A stretch of 64,000 bases of DNA from Podarcis bocagei (Eukaryota). The stretch lies in the NCBI GenBank assembly GCA_964188305.1, contig OZ076887.1, one strand, 5' to 3'. Position numbers and translations under genes: made by a program. Position 1 is the stretch's first letter. Every line of letters starts with the position of its first letter. The notes beneath the pieces are model-generated. The model was not told the DNA's origin. It did no database searches and saw only the letters and a program-made list of their open reading frames with translations. Below, piece after piece: positions 26,025 through 40,700 of this stretch.

Positions 26025-26676
26025 TAATAATAATAATAATAATAATAATTTATTATTTATACCCCGCCCATCTGGCTGGGCCTCCCCAGCCACTCTGGGC
26101 GGCTTCCATAAAAACCAAAAATAAAGTAAAATGTCACACGTTAAAAACTTCCCTGAACAGGGCTGCCTTAAGATGTCTCCTGAATGTCAGATAGTTGTTT
26201 ATCGCTTTGACATCTGCTGGAAGGGCGTTCCACAGGGCGGGCGCCACTACCGAGAAGGCCCTCTGCCTGGTTCCCTGTAGCTTTGCTTCTCGCAGTGAGG
26301 GAACCGCCAGAAGGCCCTCGGCGCTGGACCTCAGCGTCCGGGCAGACTGATGGGGGTGGAGACGCTCCTTCAGGTATACTGGACCGAGGCCGTTTAGGGC
26401 TTTAAAGGTCAACACCAACACTTTGAATTGTGCTCGGAAACGTACTGGGAGCCAATGCAGGTCTTTCAAGACCGGTGTTATATGGTCTCGGCGGCCGCTC
26501 CCAGTCACCAGTCTAGCTGCCGCATTCTGGATTAGTTGTAGTTTCCGCGTCACCTTCAAAGGTAGCCCCACGTAGAGCGCATTGCAGTAGTCCAAGCGGG
26601 AGATAACCAGAGCATGCACCACTCTGGCGAGACAGTCCGCAGGCAGATAGGGTCTCAGCCTACGTACCAGATGGAG
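26025..26676 (-). mobile_element. Young 5'-truncated L2 LINE (ORF2 C-terminus, 3'UTR, (TTA)n tail)
   Basis: Uninterrupted LVRRLRPYL...HALVISRLDYCNALYVGLP...LQLIQNAAARLV...LHWLPV...FKVLVLTFKAL...RAFSVVAPALWNALP. CpGs are retained and the tail is a microsatellite. Confidence 0.93.
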
Positions 26677-27092
26677 ACCTAACCAAGTTTTAATATGCTT
26701 GGACCAATTGCCATTGTGCCAAGTCTGCTGTGAGACAGTAAGAATCCCTCTTCCAAACCTCTCCGTCCAATAGTTTGACCCTAAGTGATATTCATCCCCA
26801 CTATCACCAACCCCACCAATTATTGGGGCTTGTTGCACAAATAGGGACTGGAGGGATGTGCATGATTGGTGGTGATCCTAAGTGTGGGGTTACTAACATG
26901 GAGACAGCATCATCACACACCATGTTGTCTGAGTAAGCACCTTTCCCCATATATACCTCCTAGCCTACTGAAATTTATTTCTAAAGAACTGCTACAGAGT
27001 CTGTCAGAGTCAAGAGTGGTCAGAAACAATTAACAATTTTCCTAGCGGAATTTCCCTGTTGACTGAGATGAGATTCAACAAATTTTAGAGTA

Positions 27093-27318
27093 CAGTGGTA
27101 CCTCGGGTTAAGAACTTAATTCGTTTCGGAGGTCCGTTCTTAACCTGAAACTGTTCTTAACCTGAAGCACCACTTTAGCTAATGGGGCCTCCTGCTGCCG
27201 CCGCGCCGCCGGAGCACGATTTCTGTTCTCATCCTGAAGCAAAGTTCTTAACCCAAGGTACTATTTCTGGGTTAGCGGAGTCTGTAACCTGAAGCGTCTC
27301 TAACCCAAGGTACCACTG
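27093..27318. mobile_element. Tc1/mariner-superfamily (pogo/Tigger-like) MITE
   Basis: TIRs CAGTGGTACCTCGGGTTA / TAACCCAAGGTACCACTG. TA TSD at 27091-27092 and 27319-27320. Internal TAACCTGAA repeats. Confidence 0.92.
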
Positions 27319-29310
27319 TAGAGCTCATTTAGTAGTCTCTCCCCCCCAGTTTGAGTAGATTAAGTTGACAGCAGGTCTATCTGCATTTCAATCCTGCTGC
27401 ATTATTTGTTGCTTTTCATCAAGATTGTTGCGTGATTGTTATTTTCATTACAGCTTTATTATTCTCCATTCTGAGAATGTTTTCATTGAAATGCAAAGGA
27501 TATTGTTTTTCAGACACTACCACGACTACCCACATCCACACCCAACATTTGGGAAGAGTGCACTTAATGTTCGCTTAAGGGATCTACCACCTAAAAGAAT
27601 CAATATGCAGAGGAAGGAGATGGTCTGGTCTGTTTGGACCAAGTCCCCTATCAACACAGCACCAGCACAACCATCTCTTTAGTGCAGAAACCCTTACATG
27701 CGGAGGCATCGATGGGCACCCTTTGAACTGAGCCAAAACAATTCTTTCCCAAAGGCTGTTCTAAAATGGAAAAGTTGAGATCACTATGTATGTATCCAGC
27801 TAAAGAAGGAATCTGCCCACTTCCAAGCCATGGCTTTATATCAGAAAGACAGAAAGAAATGCAGTTTTGCTTCAGCTCTCTATTTTTGTCTCTGGATTCT
27901 TCCATTATGTGCAGCTGAAAGTTATTTTGGTTTTGCTGTATGTCAGAAAATAACATAGCTCTCCTTAAGGGGCTTTGATTCTGCTTATGCTATTCTGGTG
28001 ACCTTCAGAAAAGGAGGTTTCTTGTATTCAAGGGCAGAAAGCAATGTCTTTAGTGATAACACCAGCACATTATAGGATGCATGTGTGGCATGAAATGTGT
28101 GACTTTCTAATTGCAATTAAATATATTCAGGGTGTTAATTGCAGCTGGAGGGCAAGACAGTTTGAAGGCTGCAATAAGGATTAGGAGCTAGGGCTGGTGG
28201 GGGGGGGGAGGAAGGCACTAGTGTCAGGGGTTGGGGGGAAGGCAGAGGGAGATGAAATCCTAAGGGTTACAACAATAAATACTTTTTATTGGCCCCCCCA
28301 AGATTCCAATTAACATTCTTCTTAGGAGCACCACAAGGATGCTTTCTAGTGTGCTGTGTAACTAAATTGGGGTTAGGGAAAATAAAGGAAGGAGGACCTG
28401 ATCTGCCTCCCTGTAATGCAAAAACAGCACAACAAGAGTCTTATGCCCTAAAGCGAAGAGAAGCTGATGGAAAGCAAGCTACTTAAGCGAAATGTGGAAT
28501 TCTGTAGGTTGTAGAGAGCACTTTAGCTTTATTGTCTAAGGCAAGATTGCTATTATATGGAGGCAACTACCTATTGGTTCCATATAGGCACTGGAGTTAG
28601 GAGAGGCTAAGGGGAATACCTTAACCATTAGCCAGAAATCCCAAAGCCAGGGCTGTGTGTACTTAAAGAAATAAAAACCCCAACTCTTGCTGCAAGGCAG
28701 CCCAAAATTCAGTACAAAGAGGTGAATTCTGATTATTTGACCTAAATCTAAGAAAATAAGAAAATTTGCATACTTGATCTCACATTGCATAATTTGCTTT
28801 GCTTCTTAAAACTATTATTCATTGTTGGTTCTTGTTCTGTCACAGGAAGAGGCAAGGAAGTATGCAGGGTACTGAAGTCCTGCCTTGCAATCATTGGAAA
28901 TCTTATCCAGCCAACCCTTTGGCTTCTGAAATGAGAGTGGATCCACTTACCTTTAGAAATATGTTCACAGCCATAAACGCCTAGAAATTCACTTTGAAAT
29001 TATACACAGTCCTGCTGAAAAATGCCCCACTCAGCCCCCAACCTTCAGGTGTTGAGTAGGTGTTGATTTTATTTTTTGTGTGCATCTTCACTTGAATGCA
29101 AGTTGAACCCTTCATATGATCAGGAAGCTTTCTTTATCAGGATCTTCAAATATTCAGAAAATTCTGCTTGCATTCACCTGAACATGAATAAAAGCTCTAT
29201 TTGGACTTTTGCCACTCAACATGGGAAAGGTCAGGGACTGAGTAGGCTGGGTGACGGGCACCAGACATATTAGAGGCGGGGCTTGAGTACATGCCTCTGT
29301 CCCCATATAC

Positions 29311-29447
29311 CAGGCATCCCCAAACTCAGCCCTCCAGATGTTTTGGGACTACAATTCCCACCATCCCTGACCACTGGTCCTGTTAGCTATGGATGATGGG
29401 CGTTGTAGTCCCAAAACAGCTGGAGGGCTGAGTTTGTGGGATGCCTG
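29311..29447. mobile_element. hAT-superfamily MITE (near-complete palindrome)
   Basis: CAGGCATCCC...GGGATGCCTG termini with long inverted arms. Perfect 8-bp TSD CCATATAC at 29303-29310 and 29448-29455. Confidence 0.92.
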
Positions 29448-32400
29448 CCATATACAGTCAGAGCAGTCACATGCTCTGTCAAATGCTGAAACATGCCTTG
29501 GGTGATAATGGAGTCAAGTGTTGGTAGTGTAGTTTGGCTTTTGTGATTCTGAAATACTGTACTCTTTCCTGTAGTACTGGGTGCATTAAAAAAATAGCCA
29601 TAATTTAACTGGGCACCGTATAAAGAAGTGCTTCCTTATGTCTGTACTGAATTGATTGCCCCAAGTTCTAGGATTAAGAGAAGGACTTCTGCATCCACTT
29701 TCTACACACAGTTAATTGGCCCAACAATGGCCCATTGGAGCATGCAATAGGCACACTGGTGAGGAGGTCTCTGCATAAGTTTCCTTCCTTCTCCACTTCC
29801 CCTAAAAATCTATCTTGTTCTAGGGACATGCTTTGCAACAATTGTCTTGATAAGACCATAATTATTTTCCAGGGGAGACAGGAGATAAAATTATCACAGC
29901 AGTGTCCCCAAAGAACTCACACATACAATTAGTGTAACTATTAGGTGTGTCTGCAGTGTGCCCTGTGTAGAAGAGTTGTTGAGGCAGCAAATATTCATTT
30001 GCCTATCAGAGACATGAAGTGCCTTTGAAACCTGCATAACTGTTAATATTCTCAACAGCAGGAAAGGGGTATTGGATTACCATTACACACTGCTGCAGTG
30101 AAATGTGTAGCTTGGCCCTGTTCATCCAAACTCAGGCATGTTTACTCAGAACATCACAAATGAAGCTTTCTTCACAGCAAGAAGTATTAAAGCTTAGAAT
30201 GCATAGGTTGGAATGACATCAAAGAATACATAAGAACTATGTATGAATGTCCTGTTGAAGAATATGGGGCTCTGAGAGTCCAAGTTACACTTCTCCAGTT
30301 GAACCATGAAGGTCCAACTCTTCCAAAGATCTAAAAACTGGGAATTAGAATGTCAGCTTTGGCACAAAACAGGTGAAACCTGTGGAATTGTACCTGCATC
30401 ATAAATTGTCAATAGCACTGGTAGTATCTCAGAGATATTTCATTGAGAGTTGCTCCTCAATATCTTGGTATTTGCTAATCTTGTGCATCAAGATGAAAGA
30501 GGGATGCAGCATAGACCCAAATACCCAGTTACCTGGACTATCTCCAAATCTAAACCTGTTTAGCACAGAACTGATCCACACCTTGCAAATTACCAGGATA
30601 CCTGGCGGTGTTGCCCCATAAGTAAAATGCTAGCAGTATTAGCAATAATAACATGCAGGCTTTTGTCATGTTTGGTGGAGGTGTCCTTTGGGTCTAATAT
30701 TTGGATTGGTTCATGAGAACTGCTGCAAAATATTTTGGTGGCAACAGATATTAGCACAGAACTGGACATCTGCTTTATGCTCCAAAGGAATGGAATGGTT
30801 CTTTCAATTCCTTGCAGCTGCAGAAATGGGCACGCAACATCAGAGAATAATATTAAAATGCTAAAAATATTATAAGAATTATTAATATTTAGGAGAGTGG
30901 GCTCACAGAAAACTGGGCCACCCTACTTTCAACTGCAACAAGAGGTCCTATTTTAATTTTTCTCTATATTGTTACTTCAGGCAGGGTACTTTTTACCAAA
31001 ACTGAGATACAGACTTCAAATTTTCTTGCAGTTGCTGAGAGGCTCAGAGAATATTGTGTGTGAACCTGGAAGAAAACAAACAGCAAGCTATCAAAGTAAA
31101 TAGCAGTCAGTTGAAAAGGCTGAATAGAGGTTAATTCAATTATTTAATGGATGTCTACTTCTGTTCTTTCCTTCGGGCAGCTGTGCTTTTGCATGTTCTG
31201 CTTTCCACTCCAGACATATCTCTTCAGAGTTCTTTCCCCTAACAGCAAGAATATTTCACCTTCCTTCCTATATACCTTAGTCTTCACCATTATGACAGTC
31301 TTCCCATACAGTTGGATGCCTAGGTTTTGCTGTGCCCACTGGTAATGTGAATGACACATTCAGTCCAGTAAAAATGTAGGATTTTTTTTTTTTTTGGGTG
31401 GGAAGGTTTTTAAAATATTAGTGGACAAAGCTTATGAGCAGGCTGTACCTTTATTTATCAAATGAGTAGTTTTAATAATCTCATACCTTTGGCATGCAAC
31501 AGGGCCTGAAATTTTGGGCAACTTATGCCCATCATTGCTGCACCTTCAGCTCTTGAAACTACTTATAAGAGGCAGGGTCTGAGTATCTTAACCAGGTCTC
31601 ACCAGAGTTGCTGCATATTTTCAGACTGGGGTGGCTTGGACACACAGTCCAGTCCAAGTATAAGTTACAAAGATGGGCCTCCTGTCAGTTTGCATTTCTT
31701 TGTACAGAAGGTATTGATCTGCTGTATAGAGATCTTTCCTATTTTATTGATTCAAGAGGGTTCTAGAAACTTCTCTGTGTGATATAAGCTAGTGCAAGCT
31801 GGAAGTTTCTAGCCGACAAGCAGGTTTCTATTCTGCCTAGAAAGAGGCAGAAGGTTCTGATGTTTGGGTTATTCCTTCAGAGAAGCTGAACAGCTGGTTT
31901 AAACTGGTTCTGTTATCTCTTTCACTCAAGGTCATGCTGACTATAATAATAGGCCAGAAGGAACTTGAGTTTCACTTTCTATCTCTCTTTCTTTCTGGTA
32001 TGGTGTTCTGTGCATAGTACAGCTTAGCGTTAAGGTTTTGGTCCTATTGTAAGTTATTGTAAGTTTAAGTTAAGACTGCTGCAGCTGGATTTCTTATGGG
32101 CAGTGCCAATCCTCAATGTATGGATTTTTGACCATTATGCTCATTTGCCTTCAGTAGCAGTAAAGTTCTGCCAGATAAAATACAATTGCCCCTGTTGTAT
32201 TTTTGGGGGAATCCTGCAACGAGCTACGTTTATTTTACTCTGCTAGCTATACACTGGAATTTGCTCTGGATCAATATTGAGCAGAATTCTTGACACCTCC
32301 ATCCTAAATCCACTGAAAAAATCTGGATATTATCAGAGTTCGGAGGTAATTTTGTCCTTATATAACACCTTGCTCCAACATGCTGGTTAGGAGAAGAAAG

Positions 32401-35400
32401 ATAAACCTGTTAGGGGTTGCAACCATTTTGGGCCATGGAGTTTTGAGAAAAATAGTTGCTGTGGTGCATATGGCAGAACACAAATGGTTGCCATGGGGAT
32501 ATGGCATAGCACAAAATGCCTCCCACATGTAAAAGAGCAGGGAAAGAATGACAAGAGCACAAAATGGTGCATTGTTGGTTTTTGTTGGAATATTTACTGA
32601 GACCTTTTATAGGCTCTACAAGCAGTGCTGGAGTGGCAAATCTTGCTGTACATAATGGTAGCTGCAGCACTGCCCCATCCTATCAGAATGATGGAGATTC
32701 CTGTTCAAAAGGAAAGTGGACTTGCTTAAGGCTTTTTGCTTCAGATTGCTTTTTCTCAGCGCAGGACAACAGCTGTAGCAGTAAGGCTAATAGCTAGTTG
32801 ACACTATGCACTGCACATTTACATGCTTTCCACAGCAGTTGAATGAGATGCTTGGAGAGGGGAGATATATTTTATAATGCAGCTGTCAAGACATTGCCGC
32901 CAGAAAGCATAACAGGTGACGTTATGTAAAATCCTATCCAGCTGTCAGATTTCGCTTAGATTTATGTTAGTTGGTGAAGAGATTGAAAGCAGTAATGGTC
33001 CTTCAAAAATAGAGGAAGAAGACCAAAGTTATATCATGGTACTGTGCATGTTTGTTTATTCAGAAGAAAGTTCAGGAGTTTCTTGGGTCTTTCTCCCGAG
33101 TATCTTTGCTAGGATGGGAGCCATGATGTTACATAATATGTTTGGGATAACATTGGTATGGGAAGGAATGTTCCACCATGTTGTGTTCTGGTTGGTTGTT
33201 AGAAAATGGTTGGGGTCTGTTTTAGGGGCTGACCTGAAGTTTAGAAGTTCACAGGAGGGTCAAATGTTTCGATTAAGGTACTTTAAAGATATAAGAGTGA
33301 AAGGTGGAAAGAAGCACAACAGATTTTGGGAATCAAAACTGAAACAGCATTCTGCTCTAAGCTTGAACTATTGGAAAGTGTTAGCATGGTTGGAGTACTG
33401 TGGCAGAAAGAAGGAAGGAAAAGACCTCTAAGGGACCCAGGGAGGCAAATTGAGAAGTATTGGTAGGTTAGGGAAATGGTCCAGAACAGGCATAGCAATA
33501 TCAGCCCTCAGTCACTCCAACCGAGCCCCCTGGGAGTGCCCCTCAGAGCCACGTGTGCCATAGATCTGTCACATGCCCCTTAAACTAGCAACTTGCCACC
33601 AGGTGCACTGGTTTTTTTTATCCCATTGCCATTGCTGAAATAAGGTTTCAGTCCAGTCCAGTGAGCTGCTGTACATGGGTTGTGTGGGTGGACGGGTGGG
33701 TGCCATCTTGTCATATGCCCCAGGCAGTCAAATTTCTTTGGCCAGCCCTGGGTTATATAGAGAGATCATGGAGCACATAGCAGTGTAGATATAAAAACTT
33801 GTGATATTACATTTTGAAAGTTTATTATATATATAGTTTGCTCTGGATTTTGCTGTCCAGAGAATGCTTTTCTGTCACAAACACTTTCTTTGAAACATTA
33901 AGTTTGTATAGGCTTGTTGAGGTTTGCTGTTCTGCTTTTGCTAGGTTTTCCTTTAGCCATAAAGTGGCCCTAGAATAGAAAGGGGGGGGGAACCCATTCA
34001 CTTTCTGTCTTCATCAATCATACTACGACAACCTATACAATCCATTGCAGAGTAAAAAGACAACCACTGTCTGACTGGGAAATGTAGCAATTGGATAAGT
34101 AATGCTTGAGAAATCAGTAGACTGTGACTAACTATGGTTGAGGACTTTGCATGTCTCATGCGAGCTCTTTAGTACTGATGCCAATATCCACTGACACTTC
34201 CCAGCAAAGGCAAGGAAGAAGCCTTTATTTACATTGTCATTCAACATACGTCAATAACAATAACACAAAATTAGAAAGAACAGTGTGGTTCATTTGATAG
34301 AAAGCTGGGGAGACCACATGCAAACAAGAACAGGGGTTCTATAGCTTTAACAAATATATTTGATATGGAAGAGACTTTTTTTTCATTACTTCATTTCTAT
34401 TATTAAAGACTTCATTTGTTTTTCATTCTTAAAATTATATTCATTTTCTTATTAATTCAGTATTCTTTTATTTGTTTTCATTTTTACATTTCCTTGCCTT
34501 TCTCCCACACCCATAACATATTTTCCACTTCCTGCAGATGTGGTAGCAATCAGAACTGATTTGGTAGCAGCCATGTTATTTAACCAGAATGCCCCAGAAC
34601 AATGTAACATACAAGGCATTGGGATGGGGGTGTGTGTGGTAATGGCAGCCACCACATAAAATGGTCTCTGTCTCTGTCTAGAATGCTGACATTTTTTCTC
34701 AGAACACCGCAGAATGATTAAACACTGGATATATTCTGGCAAAATAAAATAGCAGCTTCTAGGAGGCAACTGCTGAGAGGACATTGAGTGCTGATGGGGA
34801 AGGCAAGTCCACCCCTCCAAATGAGTTATGAATGGGTATGAATTGGGAAATGAAAGCAAACCCATATTGTTTCATAACATTAAACTTGAACCAACAACAA
34901 CAGCACTTTATAAAGGCCGTAGACCAGCGTAAGTAGGGAGGGGTACAATCACTTAAAATCATTTAAAATTAAAAAATAAAGTTAAAAAAAACTAAAAGGA
35001 GTATCAACAGAATACAGTGTGTGTGTGTGCGCGCGTGTGTGTCCATAAGAATCCAAAAGAGGGTAAGAAGGTCTAAAAGAAGGGTTAGAAACATCAGACA
35101 AGAGTGAAAGAGTGCAGAAGGCTAGAATATATAAGACCACAGCTGTCAGTCTACAGAGCACTTCAATACGAGTGCTCATTATATCTAGTTTGTGGCACAG
35201 ATCATCATCCGTCGAATCTTGAGCACTGCTGTGCAGCATCTGGCAACGTTGTATGTTGTAGCAAGACTGGAACTTGAACCAAGCGAACCCCATTCAACAC
35301 AATTTTTTATTACTTGCAAAACTATGTGAAAGGTCTTGCATTCTCTCAGGAAGGATGAGGTTGAAGCACCAGAAGTGCAGGATGGCTTGTGATTAAAAGA

Positions 35401-35629
35401 AGTCCGTTTAATCTTAATGTTATACAGTACTTAGCTTTTTACCTGGGTGCATGTAAATAGAATATGAGAATCAGAAAGCAGAAGGAAGCCATATAAGAAT
35501 GAGGGAATAGTCTTTGGGTGCCTCTGGATGGTACAGGCGGACATCAAGCTCATATCCAGATCTTTTGCAGATTACAAATAAATGGATAAATAGAATTAAA
35601 AGTGTGGGGTGAACAAATAATAAGGAAAT

Positions 35630-36060
35630 GTGTAAATTTCCCACAGACAAATTAAGATGTTTACTGTCATATAATCACCCCATATATAAATAAGAATGAA
35701 TGCTTAATAAAAACTGGGCATGTGCAATTGTCTCCAGTAAAGTTCCCCAGAGGAGTTTTGCAAATTGCCTAGAATTGGCCTTTTGTAAGATATTTGTTCA
35801 TGTGATCAAGAATACAAAAAGGATTGGAAAACATTTGTAGAGTATTTTAAAAATCAGTAAAACAAGTGAACAGATTAGCAGGACTTGAATAAATTCAGCA
35901 GTAGAAGAGGAAGTAGGAGATAATTAGTAAGAAGTAGAACTAGGTAACTTAGAATATGTGGAAGAGAGGGAAAAGAAAAGATATCAGAGAAGGAGAGGAA
36001 GGTAAATACTTTTTTTTAAAAAGGTATTTGTTTATGTGAGTGTTTGCATTGGTGCACTAC
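35630..36060 (+). mobile_element. Old, decayed L1 3'-end fragment
   Basis: Remnant peptides such as KDWKTFVEYFK parallel EDWSKFISYL at the end of the young L1 ORF2. A purine-rich then T-rich 3'UTR-like segment follows. Confidence 0.45.
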
Positions 36061-37347
36061 AGATCTTGTAACAGTTGAACCCCTATATGCGAAAAATAGT
36101 TTTACCTTGTTTATTATTACTATGCTAATGGTTATGTACTGGGTGGCGAAATTAACTACTGTAACTACATCTTAATGTTTACATGCAGATTGATGTATCC
36201 GTTTCCACTAAGAGATACAATTTCTCACTAAATATTAATTGGTTCCTTTTGAAGCAAAGAACAATAATATGACATTGTTCATACAAGTAATTGCATTCAA
36301 ATTACCGTTGCAGGTTGTTTTTTCCTCATTTTAAATTGAGATCAGTGATACCAGTCCAATTCATTACCACAGTATTAGTCCATATTCAATACTAGGAACA
36401 CAAGCTATATGGCTGAATTAGAAAAAATGAAAGTTTGGATTAAATTTTGATCCAGGTAACATTGGGAGATGGTAGCAGTGGGAATATGTTGGTCCCAAAA
36501 GGAGAAGCACAGAATTAAAACTACTTGAGATTAAAGCCTGGGGGAGGAAACTCCACTTGGGTTAAATAGCTGGTGGGAAAACGTTAACACTTCCTCTTCT
36601 CTGCTTATGGACATCCCTGCTTGAAGCAGCTTTCTGTGCTGAAAAATGGCCAATGGATTATCATTTGCGCTGCAGAATTTGCACAAGATTGAGAGTGGCT
36701 TTTCTCCCCATCTCTGATCAGAACACCAGTTGGCATCCTATTCTATTTTCCTATCCACATCCTCCCATTTGCTTTGGCTTTCTTTTAATTCCAACTCCCT
36801 GCCCTTGCAAAGTCATAGAAACATCTGATGTTTTTTTAAGTCACGAAAGGAAGGGGAAACAACATTCAAATGGCAGCGACAGAATGATGAAAAATGCAAG
36901 CTCTGAAATACTTGCTGGGGGGCAAGAAGACTTGCACGTGTCCCATCATCCGCCATGGCTGTGCTTAAACTGACTTTTGTTGCCATGCAAATCACAAACA
37001 CCTCTTCGTCACAAATACGCTCTATTCAACCCTTTTCTTATATGCCGAGTGGATTGCACAGCCTAGGACAGGGATTAAGTCACAACCATGGGTTGAGAAG
37101 ATCTTTCTTTCAGCCTGATTAGTATTGGCTGTAGCCGTGCCAATGAGAACAAGTGCCTCTGCCACTGAAGGTGCATCTAACAAGGGCAGCTGAGGCAGAG
37201 GTGCTGCACAGTCCCCTTCGCAAGCCCATAAGAGTGATCTGCTTTGCAAATTATTACAGGCTCCACCCCTTCATCTTCTTCCACATTTTTCTAGGACCCC
37301 AGTTTGCTTTTCCCTCTGCTTCCACCACACCACACATCTTTTTCTTA

Positions 37348-37516
37348 GGACTCAGTTACACAGCTGCAAATAAAACGTTTTAAATGTGTTTTAAGTGCAA
37401 TATACAAATGTGACACTAGATGGTGATAGTGAGCTATGCTAAATTCAATGTTTTTTCAAAACGTTTTTTAATAAAGCATTTTCACAGCGTTTCTTTATAT
37501 GTGTGTAGATTCCACC
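37348..37516 (+). mobile_element. PIF/Harbinger-like MITE, copy 1
   Basis: TTA TSD at 37345-37347 and 37517-37519, degenerate GG...TACACA TIRs, and a reverse-complement copy at 60877-61034. Confidence 0.7.
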
Positions 37517-37657
37517 TTAGACGTATTTGCTTTCCATTAGCTCACTTACTTCTGCTAGCACATCCTCTTCAGTTTTTCTAATCATATAGGTAGCTGTGTG
37601 TGGAGTGGCAGAATTTATCTGTTGGCTGCTCTGCTGCAAGACCAGCCATGTTAGCCT

Positions 37658-37659
<2 letters not shown>

Positions 37660-37739
<80 letters not shown>
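37660..37739. repeat. (CT)n(CA)n microsatellite
   Basis: Direct reading. Confidence 0.95.
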
Positions 37740-37743
<4 letters not shown>

Positions 37744-40700
37744 TTGCAGTTTCTAGATGGGACACTTGAGTGGCCTTGCATACTGAAGATATTCCACACT
37801 GAAGGATTTGTATTGGATGCCTGAACATTTGAATGACCAGAAGTAGAATTTTAAATCTGATAAAATGTAAATGTTAACGGGGAATCCTCATACAGGGAGA
37901 AAATATACTTCAGAAGGCCAGGAAGTACAAAATCAGCATTTATTTATTTATAAATGTTGATTTAATTTAAGGCTATTTGTCCCATATCTTAACAGTATTT
38001 AACATTTAGGGAAAGTATAACTATGCCTGCAAAAACGAAGTATTGAGTTTTTGTGACAGTTTGTACCTAAGGCATGTTCTAATGCATAATTCATTTAAGC
38101 TGTGTCAGAGAACAAACTAGACCTAGAAAATTATTTCCTTAACAGCCTTTGAAAATCTAGAGTAATGCAAGGGGGTAAGACATGTTATTTGCTAAGTTCA
38201 CAGTGGCTGAAATCTGTAATTGAATGTGCTTGCTAATTTAATTTCCTCTGCTTGTTCATGAGCAAAATAGCATCCTCTCTGATCTGCACAGATTAAAAGT
38301 GAAAGGACAGACTATTGGGGTGGGTGGGTCGGTTTGCTTATACCTTTGGAAACTAAAAAGATGTGTAGAATATGTAGAAACTCAGTGAATATGGACAGCT
38401 ATAGATCAACATGGGTCCTTAATTTCAACATATGCTATGGTGGAGACACCCATTGAATGTTGACTGATATTCCTTCTCCTGTGTCTGACAAACGTACTAG
38501 ACGCACGGTGGCAGAGAGGTCAAAACGCCTGACTGTATCCCTCATGAAATGAATGAATGAATGTTCATGGGCAAGCAGGGAGAGCATCACTGTTGAGGTT
38601 CAACCTCCCACCTGCCACAGCTAGTATTGTGCCAGAGGCAGTAAAAGTAGCAAGGCTGATCCTTCACTGTTGCCAGAATTGCCAAGAATATGGAAACATT
38701 CCTAGGGAAAAGAAAATAGAAAAAGCAAAGGGTGTGAGTTACCTCCAGAAAGACTGAAGGGAAGGACAGCAGTTGGCCATAAAAGTGGAATGAAACATTG
38801 AACCAGAAACTAGCAAATGGGTACCAAGTGTAAGTCATGTGGTTCCTCTGGTCAGTAATTATGGGGTTCCTGGCAATGGTAGTGGTTGCAACTAGGACTC
38901 GATAGTCAGAAAGATGCCTCATTTATGGTGGCAAGTTATTACAGGTGGGTTCTTTGTGGCATAGTGTATGTGTGAAGGTTTGTTCATGCATAGCCCTGAT
39001 ATTAATGACATATTTGCGGTGGAGCACTGCAGTGTAGGCTGTCCCCGCCCTACTTACACATAGCCCAGTGGAGCATAAGGACGGCACATGTCGATAGGAA
39101 CTGCAGACATGTATTGGCTCCACACTACACATCGTGTAGTGGGTGGTGGAATGTTTGTGAGCCCTGTGCTTGTGTCACACAGGTCACACACAAGGTATCA
39201 GTTTCCCTTATCTCCTGTTTTCTTGCTCTCAGCTAGTCCGGCACGTTTAAATTTGCTTTATCTCAGATAATGTGAATTTGTTTATTCAGACTTTGCATAG
39301 TCAAAGGGAGTAGACAATAGCAGGTCAAATGCCAAACCCCAAATGACCCTACATCAATGACCCTATATCACATTGGATATGTGAATATCCAAGCTTAGAA
39401 ACATGAAGCAGTATCATTCTGTAGTAGAGGCTCATCTATTAGGCTGAATTAGGCTGCCTTAAGTCAGACTAGTTCAGGTGTGCCACCAGCTATCAGTTTG
39501 CTCCTCCTTAGTCTAGTGTTGGTCCTTGTAAAATTCGGCAGGGAGAAGATGGAGGACAATTAGTTGGCTCCTATTCTCATTGGCTTGGGCTCCACTTACT
39601 GCTGGTCTCTTAGCTTTCCATCCCCCCAGTCCTAATGAGCACAGGCTGCCACTGGCACTCTGAAGAAGATTTTGAATTATGAATAGTATCATTATAAGAT
39701 AACAAAGCTGTATTTAATTAAATAAATGGGAAGCATTGGTGAAATAATCTGCATTTTATTTAGGAGAATAGGTGAGGCCTTCTAAAATATGAATCACTGA
39801 CACGTTTTATAACATTGGGCAGTTTGACATAAACCAAACAGTGCATTTGTTTGTTAAATGCCTCTTTAACAATTTTGCATCTCAATCTAAAGGATGATAT
39901 GCCCCCTCCCTCGTCCCCCAAAATAGTATCACAGAATTAATTACAACATTTAGGAGATGACAAAATATCTGCTATATCAAATATATTTTGAAGAACAAAG
40001 ATATTAAGGAGGCATACTCTTGGAACAGAAACATTTTAGTAGTATGCCAAGATGTGTACCAAATAACTATCCAGACGGAGAATGCATTCAAACACACAAA
40101 ACAAAACATTTCCTGTCCTTGGTTAATTTTTATTTTGAAGAGCCTTTGGATGCAACCTTCATCACAACAAGAGCCTATTTCTTGCAGCCCACAGATATAC
40201 AATAGTGAAATGAATTGGAGGTGTGGTGGGCAGGGCTGAAATGTTATTTTGTGTGTGCGGGAGACTATGTTTCTAATTCAGGCACCTGTAATCAACCACT
40301 GAGTGCCTATTAGGGCAAAATAATAATGTCCCATTGTCTGTTTAAATTCCCTTATTATGAAATTAATCAGAATTTCCAAGAGAATGAAATAGGCATGATA
40401 GGCTTGATGTCCTGAGATCTGGAGAAAGCCTTGAATCTAGTTGTGGCTTTGCCTCAGCAGGAAGTTCTGCTCACACAAGTTCTGTGTGGAGAGAATGGGT
40501 ATGGAGTGATGACCTACAGGACGTACAGAGGGCTGGTGGAAACCAATAACCAATAGTGATTTAACACTAAGTGCTAAGGAACATAGCATAAACCCATTGT
40601 GGGAGCTGCACAACAGCACTATCAAACCCTGACAGTGTGTCATTGTTTCTCAAAACTCAAGACCAAACATTTCACTTTCTCATCCAGCTTATACGCAGTG

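Noticed and set aside
26677-26838. N-terminal part of the 234-aa minus-strand ORF as a chimeric gene
   Set aside because: Chance open frame in flanking DNA running into a 5'-truncated L2; no promoter or splice evidence.
25540-26900. Possible solo LTR interrupted by the L2 (similar impression at about 31790-32200)
   Set aside because: TG...CA ends with a TSD, PBS or PPT could not be established.
28195-28250. G-quadruplex-forming G-run cluster
   Set aside because: G-runs are common in this window and nothing in the context suggests function.
32916-33431. 171-aa ORF
   Set aside because: No recognisable motif; possibly a decayed repeat, but it could not be assigned.
34982-35293. 103-aa minus-strand ORF with an ATG start
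   Set aside because: Runs through a dinucleotide repeat and has no recognisable homology.
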